Notes: generated by a model from the letters alone, not told the origin. A stretch of 64,000 nt of DNA from Candidatus Micrarchaeia archaeon (GCA_041663445.1 JBAYMR010000001.1:47393-111392); one strand, 5' to 3'. Shown: positions 46,893-55,648, counted from the stretch's first letter. Translations and numbers: made by a program.

Positions 46893-49523
46893 CTACACGA
46901 CCTTGCCGCGGGCAAACGCCTCGTTCCCGCCGCCCTTCCCACCGTGCGACTTGAGAAGCTCAACCGCGTTCATGCCGCTTCCCTTGGGCGCGGCTGCGGC
47001 AATGAAGCCGTCCGCTACCGAAACCACCGCCGCGAGATTCTGCGCGGAAAGCTTTGCGCAGATTTCCTCTGCAAGCTTTTGCGTGTAGGGGGCGTTGAGC
47101 AGCTCGACCACGTTCTTGCCGGCTGCCTTTGCCTTCGCAGCCTCTGTTTCGCTGATTTGCTGCGCAAGGAGCGCCTGCAGCTTCTCCACTTCCTTGCCGC
47201 GCTCCTTCCATTCGTTGAAGAACCGCATTATGGCTGGCTTGAGCTGGTCCTCGGGCACTGCCAAGGCTTCGGCAGCCTCGCGCAGCAGCCTTTCGCGCTC
47301 CTGGATGTGCTTGACGGCCTCAGGGCCGCATTTGATGACCACTCGTTCCACCCCGTCCTGCACCCCCTCGCGCCTGACAATCTTCACAAGCTCAAGCTCG
47401 CCGGTGCTTTTGATATAATTGTGAGTGCCGCCGCACGCCTCGTGGTCTATATCGCCGATTGAAACCACGCGCAGCACCTTGCCGGGCACTGCCCCGCCCT
47501 GATACAGCCTGAAGCCGTATTTCTGCTCGGCTTCAGTCCTGCCGAGTATTTCCGTAACCACTGGCAGGCCCTCAAGCACGTACCTGTTTGCAAGCTGCTC
47601 GATTCTCTCAAGCTCGTCCCACGTTATCTTTTTGTAGTGCGTCAGGTCGATTTGCGCCTTGTGCTCGTCCTTGTATGAGCCTGCCTGCCAGATGTGCGGG
47701 CCGAGCACTTGCCGCGCGCAGGCGTTGAGCAGGTGTATCGCGGTGTGGTGCCTTGTAACCTGCCTGCGCCTTTCCCCGTCCACCTTGCCATGCACGCCCA
47801 TGCCTGCGGAGAATTCGGCGGGCCTTTCCACCTCGTGCAGGACCACGCCCTTTTCCTTCTGGGTGTTTTTCACCTTGATTCCGTTGAGCGTGCCGACGTC
47901 GTAAATCTGCCCGCCGCCCTCCGGGTAGAACGCGGTGGAATCGAGGATGACGTACTTGCCCTTCACGGCAAGCACTTTCGCGTCGAATTCCTCGACTGAA
48001 TCATAGAACAGCGTTTTCGTCCTCTCGTGCCCGGCAACGTCAATTTTCTTTTCAACCGGCTCGCCGGTTTCCCCGCTTTTCTCCATGAGGGTGTAGAAGT
48101 TCTCGGGCACGTTCACCTTGGCGCCCTTCTCCTTGCCAAGCTCGGAGACTAGTTCGGGCGGGATGCCGTCGGACTCGTAGAGCTTCTTGAGCTCCTCAAC
48201 GCCGATTGGCTTGCCGCGCGACAGGAGCGACGCCACCTTGCCCCTGCCCTTTTCCTTGCTGGCGGCGTATTTCTTCCTCTCCTCGCCTATCACCGCGATT
48301 GCCGTCGGCACGCCTTCCTTGAGCTTGGGCGCAAAATCGCGCAGGTGGCGCGCGTGCGCCTCAAGCACGCCAGCGTAATCAAGCGAAAGCGAGAACTCGC
48401 CGTCGAAGCCGAACACGCGGCGCAGTATCATGCGCAGGTTGTAGCCGCCGCCGGAGTTCGACGGCAGCATGCCGTCCGTCGAAGTGAACAGGATTGTCTT
48501 GAGGTGGTCGGCGCATGCGTAGGCCGCGTGGAGGGGCGCGAATGTGGATTGCATCTCATCTGCGGACATGCCGAGCTTTTTCGCAACAGACGCCTTTTCC
48601 GCGCCGATGTCGGCAACGTCGTCAATGTCCAGCGAGCCTGAAAGCTTGGAGTATTCGAGGAACAGCTTCTGGTCCACGCGTATCCCCGCTTTTTCCTGTA
48701 TCATGGAAACCGCATCGCCGAAGACAATGTCATAGCTGACGGGCGAGGCGTGAGTTATCCACGACAGCCTCTCAAGCCCAGCGCCCATATCAATCACTTT
48801 GGTGGAAAGCTCGCGGCTGCCGCCGTCCGGCGTGTTCTCGTACTGCATGAACACGCAGTTGCCAAGCTCGAGCCCGTCCGCAAAATACTCTATGCACGGG
48901 CCGAAGTTGCCCCCGCCCATCCAGACGTCCTCGAGGAAAACGATGTTCTTCTCGTCAATGCCGAGGTGCGACAAGTAGCCGATGTCGTGGCGTATCGCCT
49001 CGTCCTTCCAGTAGAAGTTGCCTGTTTTCTTCGTGTTGAAGGCGTGCTGGCCCACCATGACGAAGTTCGTGTAGTGCCTGCCCGTGACGCCAACGTTAGA
49101 GATGTCCGGGAAGCGTATGCACTGCTGCGGCACCACGAGCGGGTTGGCCGGCGGGTCAAGCTCGCCCGAGACCACGTAGGGCTGGAAGTCGTTTATCGAA
49201 GCTATTGAGAAGTACAGGTCGTCGCGCCAGCGCGCCACGGTCGGGAACGATTCGATGGACGCATGCCCGTTCTTCGTGAAATATTCCTCTATCCTTTTCC
49301 ACGTCTCCACGTACCCGAGCGGGTTTTTCGCCATCTTCTTGCCGATGAACTTGTAGCCCATGCAGGACGCGTCCGAGCATATTTCGCGCGCCTCGACAGA
49401 CCAGAAGTGCCGCTTGCATTTCGCGCACTGCTGGCGGGTGTACCCGCGCTCGACAAGCGCGCCCACCTTGTAGTGCTTTTCCCAGTCGCGCCCGAATTGC
49501 GCGCGCAGCTCCTTCTTGTCCAT
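46893..49523 (-). CDS. alaS: Alanyl-tRNA synthetase, archaeal type
   Basis: Full-length 876-aa AlaRS with an archaeal N-terminus (…RGYTRQQCAKCKRHFWS…), editing domain (HTAIHLL…) and C-terminal DHHA1-like region. Confidence 0.95.
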   Translation of the reverse strand: MDKKELRAQFGRDWEKHYKVGALVERGYTRQQCAKCKRHFWSVEAREICSDASCMGYKFIGKKMAKNPLGYVETWKRIEEYFTKNGHASIESFPTVARWRDDLYFSIASINDFQPYVVSGELDPPANPLVVPQQCIRFPDISNVGVTGRHYTNFVMVGQHAFNTKKTGNFYWKDEAIRHDIGYLSHLGIDEKNIVFLEDVWMGGGNFGPCIEYFADGLELGNCVFMQYENTPDGGSRELSTKVIDMGAGLERLSWITHASPVSYDIVFGDAVSMIQEKAGIRVDQKLFLEYSKLSGSLDIDDVADIGAEKASVAKKLGMSADEMQSTFAPLHAAYACADHLKTILFTSTDGMLPSNSGGGYNLRMILRRVFGFDGEFSLSLDYAGVLEAHARHLRDFAPKLKEGVPTAIAVIGEERKKYAASKEKGRGKVASLLSRGKPIGVEELKKLYESDGIPPELVSELGKEKGAKVNVPENFYTLMEKSGETGEPVEKKIDVAGHERTKTLFYDSVEEFDAKVLAVKGKYVILDSTAFYPEGGGQIYDVGTLNGIKVKNTQKEKGVVLHEVERPAEFSAGMGVHGKVDGERRRQVTRHHTAIHLLNACARQVLGPHIWQAGSYKDEHKAQIDLTHYKKITWDELERIEQLANRYVLEGLPVVTEILGRTEAEQKYGFRLYQGGAVPGKVLRVVSIGDIDHEACGGTHNYIKSTGELELVKIVRREGVQDGVERVVIKCGPEAVKHIQERERLLREAAEALAVPEDQLKPAIMRFFNEWKERGKEVEKLQALLAQQISETEAAKAKAAGKNVVELLNAPYTQKLAEEICAKLSAQNLAAVVSVADGFIAAAAPKGSGMNAVELLKSHGGKGGGNEAFARGKVV

Positions 49524-49545
49524 AGTCCACCTCTGACGAAGAAGC

Positions 49546-49562
49546 TTTATATTTCTATATTC
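49546..49562 (+). promoter_or_regulatory. TATA-box region upstream of tRNA-Val
   Basis: ctttatatttctatatt, 20-35 bp upstream of the tRNA 5' end. Confidence 0.4.
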
Positions 49563-49581
49563 ATAGAAAAATGTCCGGCAT

Positions 49582-49654
49582 GGGCTCGTGGTGGAATGGT
49601 TAACACGCTGCTCTCACACAGCAGAGATTCGCGGTTCGATCCCGCGCGAGCCCA
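49582..49654 (+). tRNA. tRNA-Val (anticodon CAC)
   Basis: Canonical cloverleaf folded by hand: acceptor GGGCUCG/CGAGCCC, D-stem GUG/CAC, anticodon arm CUGCU-CUCACAC-AGCAG, T-arm CGCGG-UUCGAUC-CCGCG, discriminator A; no encoded CCA. Confidence 0.85.
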
Positions 49655-49662
49655 TTAGACAA

Positions 49663-49695
49663 ACCTCACAGGGGGCTGCCGCCCCCTCGCGGTTT
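49663..49695 (+). terminator. GC hairpin plus T-run downstream of tRNA-Val
   Basis: cagggggctgccgccccctcg followed by cggttttt. Confidence 0.35.
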
Positions 49696-49730
49696 TTCCT
49701 TGATTTCCCCTTCACCCCCTTAAGATAAAG

Positions 49731-49866
49731 AAGATTCGCGGTTCGAGCATCGAATGAGAAGCATTCGGTGCGAAGTCGTCATCAGCACGACTACGATCGC
49801 CAACTTCCGCAGAAGTTGGGGAGACAGAAGGGCCGCAACCCTTCTGGATCCCGCGCGAGCCCATTG
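49731..49866 (+). other. Partial copy of tRNA-Val (positions 44-73) split by a 102-nt structured insertion in the T-loop (after nt 58)
   Basis: agattcgcggttcga [102 nt] atcccgcgcgagcccatt matches tRNA-Val 3' region exactly. The insert folds into four hairpins: GCAUCGAAUG/CAUUCGGUGC, GUCGU/ACGAC, CCAACUUC/GAAGUUGG, AGAAGGG/CCCUUCU. Confidence 0.55.
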
Positions 49867-49927
49867 AAAATAGGCATAGTGCAAACAGTGCCGCCCTAGG
49901 CGGCATGGAAAAAGCCGATGTTTATTC

Positions 49928-50365
49928 CTACTTGACGCCCTTGACGGCAGGCACGCCTTTGCTGAAGGCGAAGTCCACCGACATGTGCCCGTTGTCAAGT
50001 TGAAGGCTGAAAGACCCGTTCTCGTTCTTGCTCAGCGGGGCAACGTAAGTGCCGACGATCTCCCGTGTGAGGCTGAGGCTGAGCGCGTCAATCTGGCGGT
50101 GAACCTCTAAGCGGACTTTGGCAAGCGCCGCGCGCTCGGAAGGCTTGGGAGAATATGCAGCCAGGGACGTGTCCAGCGACTTGAGAATTTCGAGATATTT
50201 CACTACGTCGCTCCTCTTGCTCCCTTCGCTCCAGTTGTCAACACGCTTGCCGACCAGAAGCCCGGTGTTCGCCTGCAGCGTGAGGGAGATTTTCTGGTTC
50301 AGCAGAGGGTTCTCAGTTTTCTTCTTCACGGCGTGCTCTTTCATCATTTGGAAAACGAACATCAT
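49928..50365 (-). CDS. Hypothetical protein (146 aa from MMFVFQMMKEH)
   Basis: ORF 49928..50569 trimmed so it does not run through the tRNA-like gene at 50537. Confidence 0.35.
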   Translation of the reverse strand: MMFVFQMMKEHAVKKKTENPLLNQKISLTLQANTGLLVGKRVDNWSEGSKRSDVVKYLEILKSLDTSLAAYSPKPSERAALAKVRLEVHRQIDALSLSLTREIVGTYVAPLSKNENGSFSLQLDNGHMSVDFAFSKGVPAVKGVK

Positions 50366-50536
50366 ACCACCTGCACCACTTATGCACACTTCAATATTTA
50401 AAGCGAGCGCCGGAGCCTGCAAAATGCGCATCCGCTGCCAAAAATGGCCTGAGGGCGCTTTTTTATTGCTTTCCCTGCTTATCTCCCTTGCGCTCCCATC
50501 CAGGGGAATCAGTCCCCTGCCTGGAAGCGCTAACGC

Positions 50537-50704
50537 GCTCCCATAGTCTAGTGGCTGACTTCGGTGCAATTGTGCACCGGCGCGAGCCGGACAACCCGGT
50601 CAAGGACGGAGCCCTCTCATGGCCCTTTTCGACGTATCGAAAAGCGTTCACGGAAATTTTTCCTGAGAAAGGCTCTAACTCGGGTTCAAATCCCGATGGG
50701 AGCG
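50537..50704 (+). tRNA. tRNA-Glu(CUC)-like gene with two putative intervening sequences (pseudogene not excluded)
   Basis: 5' GCUCCCA-UA-GUCUAGUGGCUGAC (acceptor + D arm) and 3' UCGGG-UUCAAAU-CCCGA-UGGGAGC-G (T arm + acceptor) pair perfectly. An internal anticodon arm GAGCC-CUCUCA at 50609-19 pairs with GGCUC at 50671-75. Intervening sequences: 50561-50608, and 50620-50669 at the canonical 37/38 site. CUCA can pair with the intron 3' UGAG, leaving an AAA bulge (BHB-like). Confidence 0.4.
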
Positions 50705-50835
50705 TTTTATTTTTTCTTCAGAAAAAATGAAACAGGTTGTGAGGCATCACGACTGCGAATTTTCTTTTTTTACTTTTAACACCTCAACGACGTAATACAC
50801 TTTGAACAATTCTTTATATACAGCAGCCGCGATAG

Positions 50836-52617
50836 TTGAGCATGCCTACTCCAGGTATGGTTCAGATTGACCCTGTGCAGAGACAGACGTCTGCCACAGC
50901 AGATGTGTTTGATGCACGGCAGACAGCGCTTCAGGCGAAGCAGGATGTCAACCTTCTTATTGAGAAGTTGAAAAGCGAACTTCAATCATCCAAGCACGAA
51001 AGTCTTCAGATATTAAGCTCATTTCCAATCCCGATAAAAAAAGGACACGAATGGGAAATGAGGGAGACCTATCGTAAGGCAGCCTGCGATGCCAATGACC
51101 TTCTGAGAAAGGAGGGAGCGCCCATTGCCATCTGGCTAGAGGATGTTGGTGACAAGTTCCATATTGTGACTGGAAGATATGAGGAGCGAACGCCCAAAGT
51201 AATGCAAATTGAGGAAAAGATGCCGCAGGTCGTGCAGAGCGAAGAAGGTGGAAAGGCAGTTCCAGCAGTCACGCCCATATTCGACTTGACCGAAACTGAT
51301 AGAAATGAACTTTGTGTCACAAATGAGGTGCTGGCAGGCATGAAGCCCAATCAGTTGACAGATGGGCAATGGAAAGTGCTGAACAAGATTATGGATAAAA
51401 CAGCGGAGCACATATATGGGAAGAATTTCGACAAGCTTTCACAAGGCAGGAAAATCAATGTGCTGCGACACATATTCTCTCCCCACACCGATGAGGGAAA
51501 GGAACTTGGGTTTACATATTCTGGGAGCGCCGAGTTGAAAATAGCTGCGGAAACATTATCTTCTCTGAAGGGAGACTGTGATGACTTCTCGTTCTTGTAC
51601 ATAGCTTGCGCAAACCGCCTGGATGGCGAAGGCAGGCTGCATGTAAAAGACATAAAGCTGGCAGTTGTTGACTATTACGACCCAAAGAACAATGAAATCG
51701 GGGCGCATGCAAATGTCTTTCCCGTCGTCCTCAACAAGGTTGGCGGAAAGAGGGCAAAGATATTCCTTGTCGATTTGACTTTCAACACATCTACAACGCC
51801 GTTAGGACATAAGGAAAATGAGATTGATGCGAAAAACGACAAGTTCAGAGACAAATTCCTTGGACACATGAACGAGAGCAGGGAAGAAAAGAAAATCGAG
51901 GTAATGGAATTGCGCCTCTATGACGGTTTCACGGGGCTGCTTGCCTACTATTACACAAACAATGGGGCGACTCTTGCAAAGGAAGCTAAAGATATTGGCA
52001 AAAACTCCGAGAAGCAGATCGATGCACTCATGAAACTCGATGAATACGACAAGGTAGTGGCGATTTACCAGGACATAGACAATAAATTTGAGGATGCAAA
52101 GAAAGCCCTCAATGGAGCAATCGAGATTGGAAAAGAGAGCGGCTGCAACTATGGGGATGCGCTTGTTAGGATGGGCATCCTTTACTATGGACAGGGCAGC
52201 AATCTGATAAACTGGAGCACGCCACTATCCGCAAGCGGGAAATCGGAGGATGGCACAAAGAAAACAGCGAAAGGCATTGAACTCCACAGCGATTGCTACG
52301 CATATTTCAAAGAAGCGCTCGAACTACCAGACGTCAGTTCATTCGTGTTGAACGAGGGGGCAAAAGTGCTACGCGAGAGCCTGAACTCGGAAGGATATCT
52401 AATCGCAGAACAGATGGTTGTCAAGGCAATCAAGGCAGCACCATTCAAGCCAGAACTCTACGAAACGCTGCTGTCAATCATGAACAAGGAGGGCAAAACC
52501 TCAGAGGCTTTGAAGCTTTTGCAGGAGTATATAAAGGCCCCTGGGCTGCCTCCAGAAGTCAAGAAAATGATTGATGGTTTGATAACCGAGGCAGCGGGAG
52601 TACCCACTGAGCACTAG
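50836..52617 (+). CDS. Transglutaminase-like cysteine-protease-fold domain + C-terminal TPR-like helical repeats (593 aa), in a low-GC island
   Basis: Cys-His-Asp arrangement typical of the transglutaminase-like core: GDCDDFSFLYIACANRL ... GAHANVFPVV ... IFLVDLT. C-terminal amphipathic helical repeats. Local GC ~45% versus ~60% on the contig. Confidence 0.5.
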   Translation: MSMPTPGMVQIDPVQRQTSATADVFDARQTALQAKQDVNLLIEKLKSELQSSKHESLQILSSFPIPIKKGHEWEMRETYRKAACDANDLLRKEGAPIAIWLEDVGDKFHIVTGRYEERTPKVMQIEEKMPQVVQSEEGGKAVPAVTPIFDLTETDRNELCVTNEVLAGMKPNQLTDGQWKVLNKIMDKTAEHIYGKNFDKLSQGRKINVLRHIFSPHTDEGKELGFTYSGSAELKIAAETLSSLKGDCDDFSFLYIACANRLDGEGRLHVKDIKLAVVDYYDPKNNEIGAHANVFPVVLNKVGGKRAKIFLVDLTFNTSTTPLGHKENEIDAKNDKFRDKFLGHMNESREEKKIEVMELRLYDGFTGLLAYYYTNNGATLAKEAKDIGKNSEKQIDALMKLDEYDKVVAIYQDIDNKFEDAKKALNGAIEIGKESGCNYGDALVRMGILYYGQGSNLINWSTPLSASGKSEDGTKKTAKGIELHSDCYAYFKEALELPDVSSFVLNEGAKVLRESLNSEGYLIAEQMVVKAIKAAPFKPELYETLLSIMNKEGKTSEALKLLQEYIKAPGLPPEVKKMIDGLITEAAGVPTEH

Positions 52618-52623
52618 AGGGCG

Positions 52624-53238
52624 CTATCTTGGGACTGGTTCAGTTACTTTCTGGTTTCTCAGATGCTTGAGTTCCTGCCATTCTTCAAGCAATGCCTTCA
52701 CTTCCGCTGGTGTGTGGATTTTGAAGGCGTTCGATGGGGTTGCGCCCTTGTCGCTGAGAAAAGCAACACGCAATTCGTTCTTTGCATTCTCCCAGCGGCG
52801 CTCAAGTTCCACCCTATCTTCCTTGGAATATGAATTGAGGACTCTACCAGACAGACCGAAAGGCGGAGTGTAGTTTTCTGCATCCAGCCAAGCAGCACGG
52901 AAAGCGCCTAGCTCTGGTTTTTTCTCTGAAAATGTCTTGTCACTTAGCGAATTGGAATACGGCATGTAATGTTCAAGCGTCCTTACATCTGGAATTACCA
53001 GTTTAGGGATAGTGTCCATCGTCTTTGTCGTGTCTTTCTTCGCCTGTTCTATTGACTTGAAAGCCCCGGTTTGCATCAACAGCACGGTGTCACCCCCTTT
53101 TTTTGTTCCTTTGTTCTGCGAATATACCTTGGTAAATATGCCCGAAGTAAGTAAAAAAGCACCTGTAAGGAAGATAGCAGCGCCCACTCTGGAGACATGA
53201 CCTGTTTTTTGCCTGAAATGAGCCGTCTTGACGTGCAT
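52624..53238 (-). CDS. Hypothetical secreted/membrane-anchored protein (204 aa), low-GC island
   Basis: N-terminal hydrophobic segment VGAAIFLTGAFLLTSGIF; convergent with the transglutaminase-like gene. Confidence 0.4.
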   Translation of the reverse strand: MHVKTAHFRQKTGHVSRVGAAIFLTGAFLLTSGIFTKVYSQNKGTKKGGDTVLLMQTGAFKSIEQAKKDTTKTMDTIPKLVIPDVRTLEHYMPYSNSLSDKTFSEKKPELGAFRAAWLDAENYTPPFGLSGRVLNSYSKEDRVELERRWENAKNELRVAFLSDKGATPSNAFKIHTPAEVKALLEEWQELKHLRNQKVTEPVPR

Positions 53239-53392
53239 GCATCTATTCTGTCTTCTGGGCTATATAAAGGTAATTTCTCAGAAGAAAATCAGCACATCAC
53301 CCACTGAGAGTTTTTATTTTTTTACCCGATTTCTCACTAAATAAAACTATATTTAAAAAGGCTTCGCAACAGGAAACGATTCAGGTGAAAAG

Positions 53393-53785
53393 ATGGCGAC
53401 GCTTGAAACAAAACCGCTAGAAAAAACCCTGCCGATGGCATTCAAGGTTTCAGGGAACAGGTACCTGGTGATGGCGAAATCCAACGATGACGGGAGGCTG
53501 AGGGTTTCAGCTTTCATAGGGAAGATACTGGACAAGGAACCGCCGCTGAAGGAAGGCGAACGGATATACTGGATTGCCGCCGGGCAGATGGACGACGGAA
53601 GGAAAGACAGCCCGAGAAAAGGGCACATATTCTACAAGGGAGTTGACGACAAAGAGGCTGCCGGCGTATGGAACGCAATTGATTCCGACAGGGCACGAGT
53701 AGACTGGGCATTCATCTCCAGAGTGCTTAAGCCAGGGACTCCGATAACTCCGTTTGTGGAGCTGAGCAAGGCCGGAAAGAACTAA
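53393..53785 (+). CDS. Hypothetical protein (130 aa)
   Basis: ORF only; normal contig GC. Confidence 0.4.
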   Translation: MATLETKPLEKTLPMAFKVSGNRYLVMAKSNDDGRLRVSAFIGKILDKEPPLKEGERIYWIAAGQMDDGRKDSPRKGHIFYKGVDDKEAAGVWNAIDSDRARVDWAFISRVLKPGTPITPFVELSKAGKN

Positions 53786-53821
53786 GGCGTGCGTCGCAGA
53801 TGCCAGAATGAAGGTGCTTAA

Positions 53822-54547
53822 ATGGTCAATGCCCCAAGTATAGTAAGGAAAGGGATGGTGAACGACAAGGAATCGGCAGGGGACGCGGCGCTTGATTCGT
53901 TCCACAAGGTGATGAAAAAGATGCCCCGGCTGCGCGAGGGCAAGGCAGGGGATGGCAGCGCATGGCTGGCAGGGGCCTGCAAGGATAGGGGCGCGGGCTT
54001 TGGCATGGTCGTGGCGGAGGGGCCGCAAATCATCTCGGCAATCAGGCTTGGTGGCGGGAATGCAACCGCATTTTCCAAGCGCGGGATTTCGAAAATCGGG
54101 GAAATCCATGAATGCCGCACCTACTGCGTGGCTACGGTGGAAGGCGTGGAATTCGCCTCGAAGGGGGCGTTCTGGATGTGGTCGGCGTCAAAAGACTACC
54201 ACGACATATGCGGGCACCTCAACGGGCTGCAGGCATATGACGCAACCGGCGGGGTTGACATCGCGATTATTGGCGGCGCGGCTGAACTCCTGAAGGGAAG
54301 CGTGCAGACAAAGCATGGCAATTACAGCTTCAGCTTCTTCGCAAGGAATTTTGCCGAGGGCAAAAAGGCAATCAGGTGCGACTATTCTATGCTGCTTGAG
54401 GGGGAGAACGTCTGGAACGCCGCTCAGGCGCAGCAGGACGGCACGCTGGAAAAAATATTCAACAAGATGCGGGCGGCTGCGAAGAAAATGTTCCCGAGCG
54501 AAATGTGGGGGCAGGTAAAGCTGGAAAACGTGATTGGCGCGCCCTAG
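53822..54547 (+). CDS. Hypothetical protein (241 aa)
   Basis: ORF only; several Cys/His (HECRTYC, HDICGH). Confidence 0.4.
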   Translation: MVNAPSIVRKGMVNDKESAGDAALDSFHKVMKKMPRLREGKAGDGSAWLAGACKDRGAGFGMVVAEGPQIISAIRLGGGNATAFSKRGISKIGEIHECRTYCVATVEGVEFASKGAFWMWSASKDYHDICGHLNGLQAYDATGGVDIAIIGGAAELLKGSVQTKHGNYSFSFFARNFAEGKKAIRCDYSMLLEGENVWNAAQAQQDGTLEKIFNKMRAAAKKMFPSEMWGQVKLENVIGAP

Positions 54548-55644
54548 CGCACGTATTCTTCCGCCGCTTTCACGATGTTCTGGAAGAAGCGCAGGCTGTT
54601 TTTCTCGTAGGAGATTCCCGCAGTGAAGCGCGGGAACTGCGTCCTGTACATGCTGCATTCGGGGTGGGGCATGAGCCCCAGAATCTTGCCCGTCCTGTCG
54701 CAGATGCCCGCGATGTCATAAGGTGAGCCGTTCGGGTTGGCAGGGTAGCCTGGGGAGTCGGACATCTTTTCATCGGTGTAGCGCAGCGCCACCATGCCCT
54801 GCCTCTTGAGCGAGGCAAGAAGCTCGGAGTCGCGCGGAACGAACTGCCCCTCGCCGTGCCTGACAGGGCACTGGATGAATGATACGCCCTCGAAGTATTT
54901 GCACACCGACTTTTGCGGCTTGAGGTAGACCCAGCGGTCCTCGAACCTGCCGCTCTTGTTGAACGTGAGCGTGGACTCCTGGGAAGACGAGCCGGACAGG
55001 TTCGGCAGCGCGCCAAGCTTCACCAGTGTCTGGAACCCGTTGCACACGCCGAGCATTGGCTTGCCGGATGACACGAACTCGTCGAACTGCGCCCGGAACG
55101 TGCTCTTGAGCTTGTTGGAAAGCACGCGCCCGCCAGCGATGTCATCGCCGAACGACCAGCCGCCGGGTATTGCGAATATCTCGTAGTGGGACAGCTTTTC
55201 CCTGCCCGATGAAATGTCCGAGAAGTGCACTATCTTCGCATCGGCCCCTGCAAGGCAGAATGCGTGCGCAAGCTCAGCCTCGGCATTCAGGCCAAAGCCG
55301 GCGAGCACGATGCAGCGCGGCCTGCGCTTTTCCGCTGCGGACGGCAAAGCATGCACGGCTGCAGTGCGCCTTTGTTTCGCAGGGGCACTGGCCGGCTTTT
55401 TCGCAGCGCCCGCCCCGGATGGCTTTTTCGCATTTGCCGCCCTTGCCTTTGCTTTTGCCGCCATCATCTTCACCGTCTTTTTCTGCGCGCGCCGTTTGGC
55501 CGCCATATTTTTCGCCGAGGGCTTGGCTTTTTTATTCGCCGCCCCGCCCGCCATCTTCTTCACTGCCACTTTGGTTTTTTTCTTCGCTGGGGGCTTGGCT
55601 TTTTTCCTTGCAGTTCCCCTGCCCGCTGTTTTCCCTGATGCCAT
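54544..55644 (-). CDS. purQ: Phosphoribosylformylglycinamidine synthase subunit PurQ (glutaminase) with an apparent ~100-aa Lys/Ala-rich N-terminal extension
   Basis: Class-I GATase: CIVLAGFG..., GVCNGFQ catalytic Cys, HPE... C-terminal region. The N-terminal KKAKPPAKKKTK... extension may instead reflect a mis-called start. Confidence 0.8.
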   Translation of the reverse strand: MASGKTAGRGTARKKAKPPAKKKTKVAVKKMAGGAANKKAKPSAKNMAAKRRAQKKTVKMMAAKAKARAANAKKPSGAGAAKKPASAPAKQRRTAAVHALPSAAEKRRPRCIVLAGFGLNAEAELAHAFCLAGADAKIVHFSDISSGREKLSHYEIFAIPGGWSFGDDIAGGRVLSNKLKSTFRAQFDEFVSSGKPMLGVCNGFQTLVKLGALPNLSGSSSQESTLTFNKSGRFEDRWVYLKPQKSVCKYFEGVSFIQCPVRHGEGQFVPRDSELLASLKRQGMVALRYTDEKMSDSPGYPANPNGSPYDIAGICDRTGKILGLMPHPECSMYRTQFPRFTAGISYEKNSLRFFQNIVKAAEEYVR

Positions 55645-55648
55645 ATGA

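Noticed and set aside
50537-50704. Alternative readings of the 168-nt tRNA-like locus as SRP RNA or RNase P RNA
   Set aside because: Far too short for RNase P. It lacks the SRP helix-8 conserved motifs. The termini are unmistakably tRNA acceptor, D and T arms.
54544-55644. Treating the Lys/Ala-rich PurQ extension as a separate histone-like gene
   Set aside because: No independent start or stop codon; it is in frame with purQ and bounded by the purSL stop codon. Left as a start-site ambiguity.
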